From contig CAVXWP010000009.1 in the NCBI GenBank assembly GCA_963765495.1, forward strand, positions 736,001-800,000: DNA of 64,000 nt, written 5' to 3'. The DNA comes from Blastocatellia bacterium. Its GTDB lineage: Bacteria > Acidobacteriota > Blastocatellia > UBA7656. Below are positions 52,251-62,404 of the stretch, piece by piece. A program made the position numbers and the translations under genes. How positions within the stretch are numbered: position 1 is the stretch's first letter; each line of letters starts with the position of its first letter. The notes beneath the pieces were generated by a model that saw nothing but the letters and a program-made list of their open reading frames with translations, ran no database searches and had not been told where the DNA came from.

Positions 52251-53659
52251 GCATGGATTTGATTTTAGAAGGCTGGGTGAGCGGTCTGATCGAAGTGACG
52301 CGACTTGGCTGGATGCTCGGAGCAGGGAGGAGGTGGACGCCAGGCGAAAAACTGAAGCTGTTGTTTACGGGCTACAACGGCACGCGAAACACGGGCGCGG
52401 ATGTGCGCGTGGAAGAGATGCTCCGCCAGATTCGCCACATACTTGGAGACGAGAATGCCCGGTTGAGCGTACTCAGTCAAAACTTCGACATGACCAGAGG
52501 CTATTTCGACAACGTCAAACAGGTCAAACTGCCCGACATCTTTCCGCCTTTCCTTTACCGCGAAGTGCGCAAGTATGACGGCGTGGTAGCGTGCGAAGGC
52601 TCTATGTTCAAGAGCAAGTTTGCAAACGCGCTGACCACGATGATGATAGGCTCGCTTGCCATCGCTTCATCGCAAAACAAGTTGAGCCTCGGCTACGGCG
52701 CGGAGGCCGGACACATGGACCCTACGCTTGCGAAGATGTGCAAGCGATACTGCAAGGATTCGCTCGTCATCACTCGCAACGAAGAATCGGCCACGGTGCT
52801 TGGCAAGCTCGGCGTATCAACAGAGCTTGGGACCGACACGGCCTGGACCTTTGAGCCGCACGGAAACGAATACGGGGAAATGGCGCTTAAGAAAGTCGGA
52901 TGGGACGGCAGCACGCCTGTTCTGATCGTCTGCCCCATCAATCCGTTCTGGTGGCCCGTGAAGGCATCGGTTGCCAAACGCGCCGCGCATCTTATGACCG
53001 GCGCTTTCAAGGAGAGCCACTACCGTTCGGTCTATTTTCACAATGCCGGGCCGAATGTGGATCGGGCCTACGAGCGTTATTTGAAGGCCATTTCGAACGC
53101 GGTTGACAGGTTTCGCAAAGAGAATCGGGTCTTCCCGGTTCTGGTAGGTATGGAGGCGCTCGATATGAAAGCCTGCAAGAGAGTCTCTGACCACCTCGGG
53201 GGCGTGCCCGTTTTCACATCTTATGAATATGACATGTACCAGCTTGTCAGCATACTTCGCTGCGCTCATATGCTGGTCTCTTCGCGGTATCACGGCATAG
53301 TGACGGCGATGCCCGCGCTTGTGGCCTCGGCCGGTGTGACTATGGACGAGCGCATACGTAATCTGATGCACGAGCGCGGGCACGAAGATTTACTGCTGAC
53401 CGTAGACGACCCGGACCTCGAAGAGAAGCTTCTGGTAGTGATGGGCAAATTGCAAAAAGAGCACGAATCGATACGCGACGGCATAGGGCGAACGGTTGCA
53501 AAAAACCTAAAGGTGATGGCTCGCATGGGAGTCTATTTCGAAGAACACGTGCAGAAGCGTTATCCCGAATTCCCAATACGCACAGGCATCCTGAGCTGGG
53601 AAGATTATCTGCCCCCGTTCAGCCCGAGCTTAAAGAAACTGGTCGAAAATTATGGGTAG
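52247..53659 (+). CDS. Polysaccharide pyruvyl transferase family (GT-B-like) protein
   Basis: [29 protein letters not shown] motifs. ATGA overlap with the upstream gene. Confidence 0.75.
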   Translation: MSMDLILEGWVSGLIEVTRLGWMLGAGRRWTPGEKLKLLFTGYNGTRNTGADVRVEEMLRQIRHILGDENARLSVLSQNFDMTRGYFDNVKQVKLPDIFPPFLYREVRKYDGVVACEGSMFKSKFANALTTMMIGSLAIASSQNKLSLGYGAEAGHMDPTLAKMCKRYCKDSLVITRNEESATVLGKLGVSTELGTDTAWTFEPHGNEYGEMALKKVGWDGSTPVLIVCPINPFWWPVKASVAKRAAHLMTGAFKESHYRSVYFHNAGPNVDRAYERYLKAISNAVDRFRKENRVFPVLVGMEALDMKACKRVSDHLGGVPVFTSYEYDMYQLVSILRCAHMLVSSRYHGIVTAMPALVASAGVTMDERIRNLMHERGHEDLLLTVDDPDLEEKLLVVMGKLQKEHESIRDGIGRTVAKNLKVMARMGVYFEEHVQKRYPEFPIRTGILSWEDYLPPFSPSLKKLVENYG

Positions 53660-53688
53660 TGGTCAGTGATCAATGACCACCGCTTGTT

Positions 53689-55335
53689 ATGAACTTTATC
53701 GAGAACATCTTTAATCGCCTCAGACAGACGCCCGAGAGAATCGTGTTGCAGGAGGCGCGGGACGGGCAGATAGTGGCGGCGGAGAGCAAAGAGTTGCTGG
53801 CGCTTATCCGCGCCGCCCGCGCTTTCCTGAGGGCGGCGGGTGTCGGAAAAGGCGACCGCTGCGGCCTGCTTGCCCATAACAGCATCCGATGGGCGGCGAT
53901 GGATCTGGCCTTGATGGCCGAAGGCATTATAGTAGTCCCGCTCTACGCACGACAGGCCCCGGCAGAGCTCGCCGCGATGATGAAAGATTGCAAGACCACG
54001 CTTGTTTGCTCGGGCGATGAGAGTCTTCGAGACGGCATACGGGAAGCCTGGCCCGACGCCCCCCCTGTAAAATTATTCGATGAGATTTTCGCTTATGATT
54101 CGGGCGATCTTACAGACGACCCGCTGCCGCTTGCCAATGCTGACCCGGTGACGATCATCTATACATCGGGCACATCCGGCGAGCCAAAGGGCGTAGTCCT
54201 GACCGCAGGCAACGTTACTTTTATGCTGCCCTGCACCAATGCGCGGCTCGATCTGCTTATGGGCAGACGGGCGGAAGCCGACCGCGTCTTTCATTATCTG
54301 CCTTTCTGCTTCGCCGGATCGTGGATACTGCTGCTCACAAGCCTCACGCGCAATAGTGTGCTCACGATCTCAACCGACCTCAACAAGCTTGTAGATGAGA
54401 TGAAACTGGCCGCGCCCAATTATTTCCTGAATGTGCCCGCGCTGCTTGAGCGCGTTCGCGCGGGTATAGAGAGCCAGTTGAAAGAGCGAGGCGGCGCGGG
54501 GCAGTTCTTATTTGAAAAAGGGAAGACGGCGTGGTTTCGCCATCAGGCCGAGCAATCGAGCCGTATCGACGGAGTGTGGCTGATGCTTGCCGGGAAGCTT
54601 GTCTTCCCGACCATAAAGGAAAGGCTCGGCCCGAATCTGAAGGCGCTGATCTGCGGGTCGGCCCCTCTCAGCCGAGAGACGCAACTCTTTTTCAGTATGA
54701 TAGACATCCCTGTTTTGCAGGTCTACGGGTTGACCGAAACTTCCGCTATCTGCACTATGGATCATCCGCATCAGGTGAGGCCCGGTCGCGTGGGGCCGGC
54801 CATACCCGGCATAGAGATGAAACTCGGCAAGGGCGATGAGATACTTGTGCGGGGGCCGCATATCTTTCCGGGCTACTGGAATCGCCCCGAAGAGACCGGA
54901 CGGGTATTGAATAATGGATGGTTCCACACGGGCGATCAGGGCGAGGTGGATCAATCGGGCAACTGGAACATCATCGGGCGCATAAAGAATCTGATTATCT
55001 TAAGCTCGGGTCATAACATAGCGCCCGAACCAATCGAAGAGATGATCCTGAAAGAGGTTCCGGCAGCCGGGCAGGTGTTGCTTGTTGGAAACGGGCGCAG
55101 CTATGTCTCGGCCATCGTGACCGGAGAGGTGAGCGACCGCGAAGTGGAAACGGCGCTTGACAGGGTCAATCCGCAGTTGCCCCACTACAAACGCATCCGC
55201 GCGTTTTACATATCGAAAGACCCTTTCACTATAGAGAACGGGTTGCTTACGGCCAACGGGAAATTGAAGCGCGATCTTATAACTGGGCATTACGGCGCTC
55301 AGATCGAAGCTCTCTATCGCAGCAAGAAGGCTTGA
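53689..55335 (+). CDS. AMP-dependent long-chain acyl-CoA/ACP synthetase 1
   Basis: [32 protein letters not shown] motifs. Confidence 0.92.
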   Translation: MNFIENIFNRLRQTPERIVLQEARDGQIVAAESKELLALIRAARAFLRAAGVGKGDRCGLLAHNSIRWAAMDLALMAEGIIVVPLYARQAPAELAAMMKDCKTTLVCSGDESLRDGIREAWPDAPPVKLFDEIFAYDSGDLTDDPLPLANADPVTIIYTSGTSGEPKGVVLTAGNVTFMLPCTNARLDLLMGRRAEADRVFHYLPFCFAGSWILLLTSLTRNSVLTISTDLNKLVDEMKLAAPNYFLNVPALLERVRAGIESQLKERGGAGQFLFEKGKTAWFRHQAEQSSRIDGVWLMLAGKLVFPTIKERLGPNLKALICGSAPLSRETQLFFSMIDIPVLQVYGLTETSAICTMDHPHQVRPGRVGPAIPGIEMKLGKGDEILVRGPHIFPGYWNRPEETGRVLNNGWFHTGDQGEVDQSGNWNIIGRIKNLIILSSGHNIAPEPIEEMILKEVPAAGQVLLVGNGRSYVSAIVTGEVSDREVETALDRVNPQLPHYKRIRAFYISKDPFTIENGLLTANGKLKRDLITGHYGAQIEALYRSKKA

Positions 55336-55342
55336 GGAACTT

Positions 55343-55567
55343 ATGATTATCAGTTTCGGCGATATTCGCCATCTTATACCGGCATACATATTCAACGAAT
55401 ACGGCCAGCTTACGGGCAACTACGTCTACGGCGACCAGATAGTGTGTGAAGTCGATCAGGGGCGCATAAAAATCTGGCTGAATCAGGACGCCTTTGACCA
55501 GAAAGACCCCGAAAGGCTGATATGCGATTATGATGAAACGACTCTGCGCAGTCAGAGCGCGGGCTAA
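55343..55567 (+). CDS. Small hypothetical protein (74 aa)
   Basis: GAGG RBS; fills the operon gap with 7-nt and 3-nt spacings. Confidence 0.7.
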   Translation: MIISFGDIRHLIPAYIFNEYGQLTGNYVYGDQIVCEVDQGRIKIWLNQDAFDQKDPERLICDYDETTLRSQSAG

Positions 55568-55570
55568 ATT

Positions 55571-56374
55571 ATGAACAGCTATAACGGCAAGACACTATCC
55601 TGGGAGGTGACAGACGGGTGCGTAGAGCTTAAGCTCCACCGACAGCCCTGCAACGAGATAGGCTCGATCACGCTTGAAGAGCTTGAGCGATTTGCAGAGG
55701 CGCTCGGCTCGCTTGAAAGCTACGCGCACGCGCTCATAATTCACAGCGCGGAAAAACCGGGCTTTTGCGCGGGCGCGGATTTGCGCGAGCTTTACTACCG
55801 CTCACAGGAGACGGCCGAGCCTGACCGCAATGCGGGCGTGCGCGATTTTCTGGAACGCATTCACCGCGTGATGAACCGGATTGACTCGACTCCGTTGACC
55901 ACAATAGCAGCGGTTCACGGAGTCACCTTTGGCGGAGGCTTCGAGCTTGCCCTTGTCTGCGATCTGATCATCGCAGACAAGATGGCGCGCTTCTGTTTTC
56001 CCGAACTCAGGCTTGGGCTCATTCCCGGTTTTGGCGGCATCCCGCGATTAAAGCGCGACCTCGGAAACGGCGTGGTGCGCGACCTGCTGCTGACGGGTCG
56101 AAGTATAAACGCGGCCAAAGCTCAGGCCGTGGGCCTTGTCAGCCAGCTTGCCGCCGAAGGAGAGGCGCTGCGGGTTGCGCGCGCGACCGCCGCGCAGATC
56201 AAGAAGTTTGATCGAGCCACAAGCGCCACGGCCAAGCATTTTATAAAGCCGATTCCCTACGAAGAGTTGCGACAGGAAATAGACATCTTTTGCGATCTGT
56301 TCACGCGCCCGGCAGTCGAGGCAGGGCTGCGAAAGTTTGTAGAAAGCACAGACGCGCTGCCCTACCTGCCGTGA
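55571..56374 (+). CDS. Enoyl-CoA hydratase/isomerase
   Basis: FCAGADL, GGGFELAL, FPELRLGLIPGFGG motifs. Confidence 0.92.
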   Translation: MNSYNGKTLSWEVTDGCVELKLHRQPCNEIGSITLEELERFAEALGSLESYAHALIIHSAEKPGFCAGADLRELYYRSQETAEPDRNAGVRDFLERIHRVMNRIDSTPLTTIAAVHGVTFGGGFELALVCDLIIADKMARFCFPELRLGLIPGFGGIPRLKRDLGNGVVRDLLLTGRSINAAKAQAVGLVSQLAAEGEALRVARATAAQIKKFDRATSATAKHFIKPIPYEELRQEIDIFCDLFTRPAVEAGLRKFVESTDALPYLP

Positions 56375-56392
56375 TTGTGAGCAGCAGAGTTT

Positions 56393-56505
56393 TGTAGGGG
56401 CAGCCCGGATGAGTACATTTATTGTGGCTGCCCGAATCCGTCGTAAGCGCGATGACAGTCATCGCCCTTCGGGCGATCCGGGCGAGGACAAGCCTCGCCC
56501 CTACA
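56393..56505. repeat. GTAG-type REP doublet (REPIN-like)
   Basis: TGTAGGGGC... ending GGGCGAGG-ACAAG-CCTCGCCCCTACA, with internal hairpins. Confidence 0.7.
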
Positions 56506-56519
56506 ATCTGGAGATAAAC

Positions 56520-56762
56520 ATGCGAACACTTGAACAAACCACTGATGAGATACTTACGCTCGCGGCGACTCATTTCAAAGTCTCGCGCGAAGAGCTTGCG
56601 CCCGAAGACGATTTTTTCAAGAAACTCGGAATAGACTCTCTGCAAGCGCTCGAACTGCTCACCCGGCTTGAGAATCATTTCAACGTAGAGTTGCCCGATT
56701 ACGAGATTCAGGGAGTGACCGACTTTCACACTCTGGCCGATAGAATCCAATCGAGACTGTAG
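56520..56762 (+). CDS. Acyl carrier protein
   Basis: LGIDSL phosphopantetheine motif, GGAG RBS, 80 aa acidic protein. Confidence 0.92.
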   Translation: MRTLEQTTDEILTLAATHFKVSREELAPEDDFFKKLGIDSLQALELLTRLENHFNVELPDYEIQGVTDFHTLADRIQSRL

Positions 56763-56766
56763 ACCG

Positions 56767-58479
56767 ATGCTCGACCTCAACATATACCAGTCCCTCGGCG
56801 CTGCGCTCAAAGACGCGCTTGAGCAATGGCCCTACGAGACCTGCCTGATCGAAGCCGACCGCGACCGCGAGAACTGCCGCCTGACTTACCGTCAGTTCAA
56901 AGAAGCCGCTCTCCCGCTTGCCGCATACCTTCAGCAGTCGGGGTTCAAGGCAGGTTCTCGGGCAGCCATCATAATGACAAATCAGTCGAAGTGGCTCATC
57001 AGCGCCTACGCCATATTTTATGCGGGCGGCGTTCTTGTGCCGCTCGATTACAAGCTGAGCGCCCGCGAACACCTGCAATTACTCGCGCATTCCGGGGCCG
57101 AAGTCCTCGTGGTCGAATACTATCTCTGGCGCGCGATAATCGCCGAAGAAGGGTTCAAAGACCTGAAGGCCCGGACCATCCTCGTCACCGAGGCACCGGC
57201 CAGGGCCGATCTTAAAGGGGCCGGGCGATGGGAAGAAGCCAGAGGCGCGAGCGAGCCGCAGTTTGTCGAGCGAGAGCGCAAAGACATGGCCTGCATAGTC
57301 TATTCGTCGGGCACAGGCGGCAGGCCGAAGGGCTGCGTGCTCACGCACGAAAACTATCTCGAACAATGCATGGCGCTCACATCGCTCTACCCGTTCTGGC
57401 CGGGCGTTCGTTACCTGAGCATCCTGCCTACGAATCACGCGATAGATTTCATGGTCGGTTTTATAGGCCCGTTCACCTGCGGCGCAGCCGTGGTTCATCT
57501 GCGCACGCTCCGCCCGGAGTATGTGCGCGAGGCGTTTCCGCGTTACAAGATCACCTACATGAGCCTCGTGCCTATGGTGCTGAAGAACCTCGAAAAGGGA
57601 TTGCGCGCCCGCTTTGATGAACTGCCCGCGACAAAGCGATTCGTGTTCAACCGGCTTCTGGGCATCAATCGCGGGCTTACGCGGAAGCGGCCAAATCTGA
57701 ATCTGAGCAGGCGGCTTCTCAAACAGGTGCACGAAGCATTCGGCGGAGAGTTGAAGTCGCTTTTCGTGGGCGGCGCTTTTATTGATCCGGGGACGTTGCA
57801 GTTTTTCTATGACCTCGGCATTCAGGTGTCGAACGGCTACGGACTGACGGAAGCGGGCACTGCCGTTACCTTAAACGATATGAATCCGTTTCGAGCAAAT
57901 ACGGTTGGGAAGCCTCTGCCGGGCATGGAGGTGAAGATAATAAATCCCGACGCGGAAGGCATAGGACAGGTGGCGGTTCGCAGCAAGACCGTGATGTCTC
58001 ATTATCTGGATGACCCGGAGATGACCGCCGAAACTATTGTGGACGGCTGGCTGATGACGGGCGATCTCGGACGCATTGACGACGCGGGCCACCTGCAATT
58101 ATTCGGGCGGGCAAAGAACATGATCGTCACCGAGGGAGGGAAAAACGTCTACCCCGAAGACATCGAATCGGCTTTTGAAGACGTGCCTGTAAAAGAGCTT
58201 TGCGTCTTTGCGGCAAACTATATCTGGCCCGAGCACACGATGACGGGCGAGCAACTGGTAATAGTGCTTGGACTTGAGCCGGGGCAGAAATTCACCGAAG
58301 AGTTGCGCGCAGTATTGATCGAGCGCAATCGCCGACTGCTCGATTACAAACGGATAAGCGGCTACGTTTTATGGACAGACGAGTTTCCGCGCACCGCCTC
58401 GCTCAAGATCAAACGCGGCGTTCTGGCGGAAGAATTGCGGAGCCGTCTCGACCGCCAAACAGCGCTGGTAGAACTGTGA
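56767..58479 (+). CDS. AMP-dependent acyl-CoA/ACP synthetase 2
   Basis: [47 protein letters not shown] motifs. Confidence 0.92.
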   Translation: MLDLNIYQSLGAALKDALEQWPYETCLIEADRDRENCRLTYRQFKEAALPLAAYLQQSGFKAGSRAAIIMTNQSKWLISAYAIFYAGGVLVPLDYKLSAREHLQLLAHSGAEVLVVEYYLWRAIIAEEGFKDLKARTILVTEAPARADLKGAGRWEEARGASEPQFVERERKDMACIVYSSGTGGRPKGCVLTHENYLEQCMALTSLYPFWPGVRYLSILPTNHAIDFMVGFIGPFTCGAAVVHLRTLRPEYVREAFPRYKITYMSLVPMVLKNLEKGLRARFDELPATKRFVFNRLLGINRGLTRKRPNLNLSRRLLKQVHEAFGGELKSLFVGGAFIDPGTLQFFYDLGIQVSNGYGLTEAGTAVTLNDMNPFRANTVGKPLPGMEVKIINPDAEGIGQVAVRSKTVMSHYLDDPEMTAETIVDGWLMTGDLGRIDDAGHLQLFGRAKNMIVTEGGKNVYPEDIESAFEDVPVKELCVFAANYIWPEHTMTGEQLVIVLGLEPGQKFTEELRAVLIERNRRLLDYKRISGYVLWTDEFPRTASLKIKRGVLAEELRSRLDRQTALVEL

Positions 58480-59375
58480 CGACACCGTACCTTGCAATAG
58501 TAAATCCGGCTGCCGGGTTTGGTCGCGCGGGCAAACTGGTAGGCCCCGCGCTCGACCGCCTGCGCGCCGAAGGCGTTGAGATTGAGGTGGTTGAAACCCG
58601 TTACGCGGGCCACGCTACCGAGATCACGAGAGAGGCTTACCGCGAAGGGCGCACGCGTTTTCTGGCCGTCGGGGGGGACGGCACCTCTTTTGAAATCGTA
58701 AACGGATTGTTCCCCGAAGCCGAAGGCAAAGAGCCTCCTGTGCTTGGCTTTTTGCCGCTCGGTACGGGCAATTCCTTCCTCAGAGATTTTTCCGAAGACG
58801 GACTCGCGCATGCCCGCCGCGCGCTCGTAGAGAATCGCTCGCGCCCGTGCGATGTCGTGCGGTTGACTCATAAAGAGGGCGAGATCTATTTCATCAATAT
58901 CCTGAGCCTCGGTTTCGTAGCCGATGTCTGTATGCTCGCCAATCGCCGTTTCAAACGCATGGGAGAGATGGGTTACATGCTCGCCGTAGTGCTTTGCCTT
59001 GCGCGATTCAGGCAGGGCGAATTTACCATGCGGGTGGATGGCGCAACCGAGCCCGACACTCATCGCACGGCGTTGCTGATATTCAACAACAGTAAATACA
59101 CGGGCGGCAAGATGATGCTTGCTCCAAACGCCGACACGAGCGATGGGTTGATCGACATAGTTCGATGGTCGTCGGGGCGCTTCGATTTTATATCGAATTT
59201 TTCCAAAGTGTATGACGGTTCGCACGTAAACCACCCGCTCGTATGGCAGGGCAGGGCAGGGCGCATTGAATTTGATTTCGACAGCCCGGTTGATGTGATG
59301 GTGGACGGCGAGGTGCTGACCCTGCAATTCAAATCGCTTGAAGTTCTGCCTTCGGCCCTGACGGTGATGGTATGA
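58476..59375 (+). CDS. Diacylglycerol/sphingosine kinase family lipid kinase
   Basis: IVNPAAG, VGGDGT, LPLGTGN, VDGE motifs. GTGA overlap. Confidence 0.9.
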   Translation: MTTPYLAIVNPAAGFGRAGKLVGPALDRLRAEGVEIEVVETRYAGHATEITREAYREGRTRFLAVGGDGTSFEIVNGLFPEAEGKEPPVLGFLPLGTGNSFLRDFSEDGLAHARRALVENRSRPCDVVRLTHKEGEIYFINILSLGFVADVCMLANRRFKRMGEMGYMLAVVLCLARFRQGEFTMRVDGATEPDTHRTALLIFNNSKYTGGKMMLAPNADTSDGLIDIVRWSSGRFDFISNFSKVYDGSHVNHPLVWQGRAGRIEFDFDSPVDVMVDGEVLTLQFKSLEVLPSALTVMV

Positions 59376-60124
59376 AGAAAGTCTATCTGATCATACGCAG
59401 CATAATTGTATGGCTTGTGAGCGGTCTGCATTTTTTCACCGTTTGCAGCTTTCTGGTCCTGCTTGGCGCATTCATTGATCCGCGCAAAAACGACCGCCCG
59501 CAGCGATGGTTCTTTCGCAATATACTCAGGCTTGCAGGCGTGGGGTTCGAAGTAAAATACGCGCCCGGATTCGACCGCGAGCGCACGAGTTTTTTCGTCT
59601 GCAACCACATAAACATTTTCGACGCCTTTGTCATCTATTCCGCCATCCCTCAATTCGTGCGCGGGCTTGAGCTCGAATCCCATTTCAAAATCCCGGCTTA
59701 CGGCTGGATGATGAAACGTTTCGGCAACATCCCTGTGCCCGCCGAAAGCACGGCATCGGCGCTGAAAGAGATGATGAAACGCACGCGCCGGGCGCTCGAC
59801 GCGGGTGTGAGCCTGATTGTCTTTGCCGAAGGCACGCGCACCGTGACGGGCCGCGTAGGGCCTTTCAAAGAAGGCATCTTTCGCATGGCGATTCAATTCG
59901 GCTACCCGGTAGCGCCGATGAGCATTGTCGGTTCCTATGAATTCAATCGCAAAGGCGACTGGATGCTCTATCCTTCGAAGATAACCGTCTACATGCACGA
60001 CACAATCGAGACAAAGGGACTAAGCAAAAATGATGTAGAGGCGTTAAGGGATCGCGTGCATAAGATCGTTTCCGCGCCGGTTGATGAGCACTTCGGCATA
60101 GGCGCGAAATCGGAAGCGGTGTGA
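59372..60124 (+). CDS. 1-acyl-sn-glycerol-3-phosphate acyltransferase family (PlsC-like)
   Basis: NHINIFD (HX4D), FAEGTR, FKEG motifs. Confidence 0.9.
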   Translation: MKKVYLIIRSIIVWLVSGLHFFTVCSFLVLLGAFIDPRKNDRPQRWFFRNILRLAGVGFEVKYAPGFDRERTSFFVCNHINIFDAFVIYSAIPQFVRGLELESHFKIPAYGWMMKRFGNIPVPAESTASALKEMMKRTRRALDAGVSLIVFAEGTRTVTGRVGPFKEGIFRMAIQFGYPVAPMSIVGSYEFNRKGDWMLYPSKITVYMHDTIETKGLSKNDVEALRDRVHKIVSAPVDEHFGIGAKSEAV

Positions 60125-60125
60125 T

Positions 60126-60203
60126 TTAGACAGGATTAACAAGATTAGATTGGATTGACAGGATTCTCTTTTAATCTTTGGAAATCCTGTTAATCCTGTC
60201 TAA
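60126..60203. repeat. (CAGGATTAA)n inverted repeat element
   Basis: TTAGACAGGATTAACA ... TGTTAATCCTGTCTAA. A half copy occurs at 11350-11378. Confidence 0.8.
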
Positions 60204-60257
60204 GTATGGCCGTGCCTGTTCAGGTCGCTGGCTGTTTACTGAATCGACACATATTGA

Positions 60258-62276
60258 TCAACGAATTCCCGTTCGGAAGTCGCCCTGCATCACGGTTTGC
60301 CCGAGCAGGTCCTGTATCTCGATGTGGCGAATGGAGTCTATCTGCCCGGGCAAGGGCGGGAGCGGCTGTCCCACCCCGTCATTTGCAAACAGGACCCGCG
60401 CATATCCGAATCGAGCGGCTACCAGCCCGATTGTCACGCCGTCGGCCACTACGCGATAAGTCTCGCCCGAATTAAGGCCCTCGACCTCTATGCCTAAACG
60501 CTCGCGGTCGGATTCAATGCTTATCCGCGCCCGGCCTCCGGCATCCGCGAGCCCGAGCGTCGACGCGAGCCGCGCTTCTTTCTCAAGCGATCTGATAACA
60601 GGCTCCGGCCCCGGGCCATCTGTAGAGAAATCGCCTTGAAGGATGATTCTGCCCAGCGCGTCTCGCAACTCGACACGTTTTATAGTAGTCAGAGGATCGA
60701 GCGGCGCGGGCAGCGGAGCCTCTCCCGGAGCGGTCGAAAATTTGAATTTGAGACCGCCCAGACTGGCCGATAAATCCGCGCCTACTTCCCTGTCGTCTAC
60801 AAACAGATCATACGTAGAGCGGACGTTTAGGCCGATGGCTTCGAGGACGAATTCCTGCGTGCTTCCGGTGACGGTTATAGAGGCGCGGCCTCGCCCGCTG
60901 CCAACCGACGGGCCGCGCATAAGCTCAAGTTCGATGTGATTGAACGAAGGGCGGTCCTGAATAAGCTGGGCCTGGAGCGCGGCAAGCGGGTCGATACGCC
61001 CTTTGCCAAGCTTTCCGGCATATTCGGGATTGATGTCGTCAAGGTTTACGGCAGTGCCTGTTATGAGCCGGTCTACATCGGGAAATCTTGAATCCGCCGA
61101 GAGCAGGAGCGCGGCTTCTGCCGAAGCGAACGGCGCGGCGAAAGAGGTCCCGCTCCACCTCGCATAATTGCTCGGATCATCAGCGGGATCGGTGCCCGGA
61201 TACGCGCTTATGAGCTTGGTGCCGGGAGCGCACACGTCTACGTGTTTGCCGAAGTTTGAAAATTCGGATTTCCTGCCGTCCAGATTGATCGCGGCCACGG
61301 CTATGACATCGGGTGAGCTTGAAGGGTACATAGCGGGTTTTGCCGTATTGTCGTTCCCGACGGCGGCTACCATAACTATTCCGCGCTCCTTTGCATAATT
61401 TATCGCGTCTTCGAGCAGGGGCGATACTTCGGGCGAGCCGAGGCTGAGGTTGATCACATTCGCGCCGTGGTCCACCGCATATTTGATGGCGGCGGCTACC
61501 GTAAAAGCATCGCTCATGCCTTCGGGCGGGAAGGCGCGGACGGGGAGGATGCGGCAATCGGGCGCGAGCATATTGATGAGCCCGCCGATAAATGTGCCGT
61601 GCCCGGCGACGGTCGTTTCCGGGTCGTCGGCCTCTTCCGAGGGGTCGTTGTCGTTGTCTACGAAATCCCACCCGCGAGCGTCGTCTACGAGCCCGTCGCC
61701 GTCGTTATCAATCCCGTCTCCTTCGATGTCGGCATTGCGCCGTTCATCTTTCCAGATTTGACCGGCGATCTGGGGGTGAGCGAAGTTTATTCCCGTATCA
61801 ATAAGCGCGACTACTATATTTGCGCCTCGTGAACGAATGCTCACCTGTTCAAGCGCGAGCAGATCGAACAGCGCCTGTTGCGAGTTGTAATCAAGCAGAC
61901 TGAGGCCCGGAGAGGCGACGCCGTCCGGGAAGCTGAAGGTTGATCGCCCAAAGAGGCTCGGGCTTGTGATAACGGGGTTGAGCGAGGCGCTCAAAACGTC
62001 GCGGTCTTTGCTGAGTTTCTTGCGCCATTTCTTCTCCTTCTTCGCTTTTGGGGTCAGGAGTCTATAGAAATTGGTCCCATAAAGCCGCTCGATGGTCGTG
62101 GTGCCAAAACGCGCGTTTATTGCTTCAATCGAAGCGCCCGCCTTTATTTCGACCACGACTTCGCCCCTGCGGACATCCTTGTTGATTTCATCCGGCTGAC
62201 CTTCGGTTTGAGCCATCAGGGGCGTGGCCCCACCCAAAAGCAATATCAAAACAAGAACCGCATTTATCAGCTTCAT
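60258..62276 (-). CDS. Secreted S8 subtilase with a duplicated ~110-aa C-terminal domain
   Basis: LIDTG, GHGT, GTSFAAP triad. DNDGDGLVDD calcium loop. Two repeats ending LGxxxxQGDF. Confidence 0.9.
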   Translation of the reverse strand: MKLINAVLVLILLLGGATPLMAQTEGQPDEINKDVRRGEVVVEIKAGASIEAINARFGTTTIERLYGTNFYRLLTPKAKKEKKWRKKLSKDRDVLSASLNPVITSPSLFGRSTFSFPDGVASPGLSLLDYNSQQALFDLLALEQVSIRSRGANIVVALIDTGINFAHPQIAGQIWKDERRNADIEGDGIDNDGDGLVDDARGWDFVDNDNDPSEEADDPETTVAGHGTFIGGLINMLAPDCRILPVRAFPPEGMSDAFTVAAAIKYAVDHGANVINLSLGSPEVSPLLEDAINYAKERGIVMVAAVGNDNTAKPAMYPSSSPDVIAVAAINLDGRKSEFSNFGKHVDVCAPGTKLISAYPGTDPADDPSNYARWSGTSFAAPFASAEAALLLSADSRFPDVDRLITGTAVNLDDINPEYAGKLGKGRIDPLAALQAQLIQDRPSFNHIELELMRGPSVGSGRGRASITVTGSTQEFVLEAIGLNVRSTYDLFVDDREVGADLSASLGGLKFKFSTAPGEAPLPAPLDPLTTIKRVELRDALGRIILQGDFSTDGPGPEPVIRSLEKEARLASTLGLADAGGRARISIESDRERLGIEVEGLNSGETYRVVADGVTIGLVAARFGYARVLFANDGVGQPLPPLPGQIDSIRHIEIQDLLGQTVMQGDFRTGIR

Positions 62277-62287
62277 AATAACCTCGC

Positions 62288-62404
62288 AGCGATACGTGAT
62301 ACGTGATACGCGATACGTGATGCGTGATATGTGAAATTAGCACTGACCTGCAAAACAGTCGTTAACCTTAAAATTACGAATCACGTATCACGCATCGCGC
62401 ATCA
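62288..62404. repeat. (CGTGATA)n ... (TCACGxA)n inverted heptamer element
   Basis: About 6 + 4 heptamers around a ~40-nt spacer. Confidence 0.85.
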
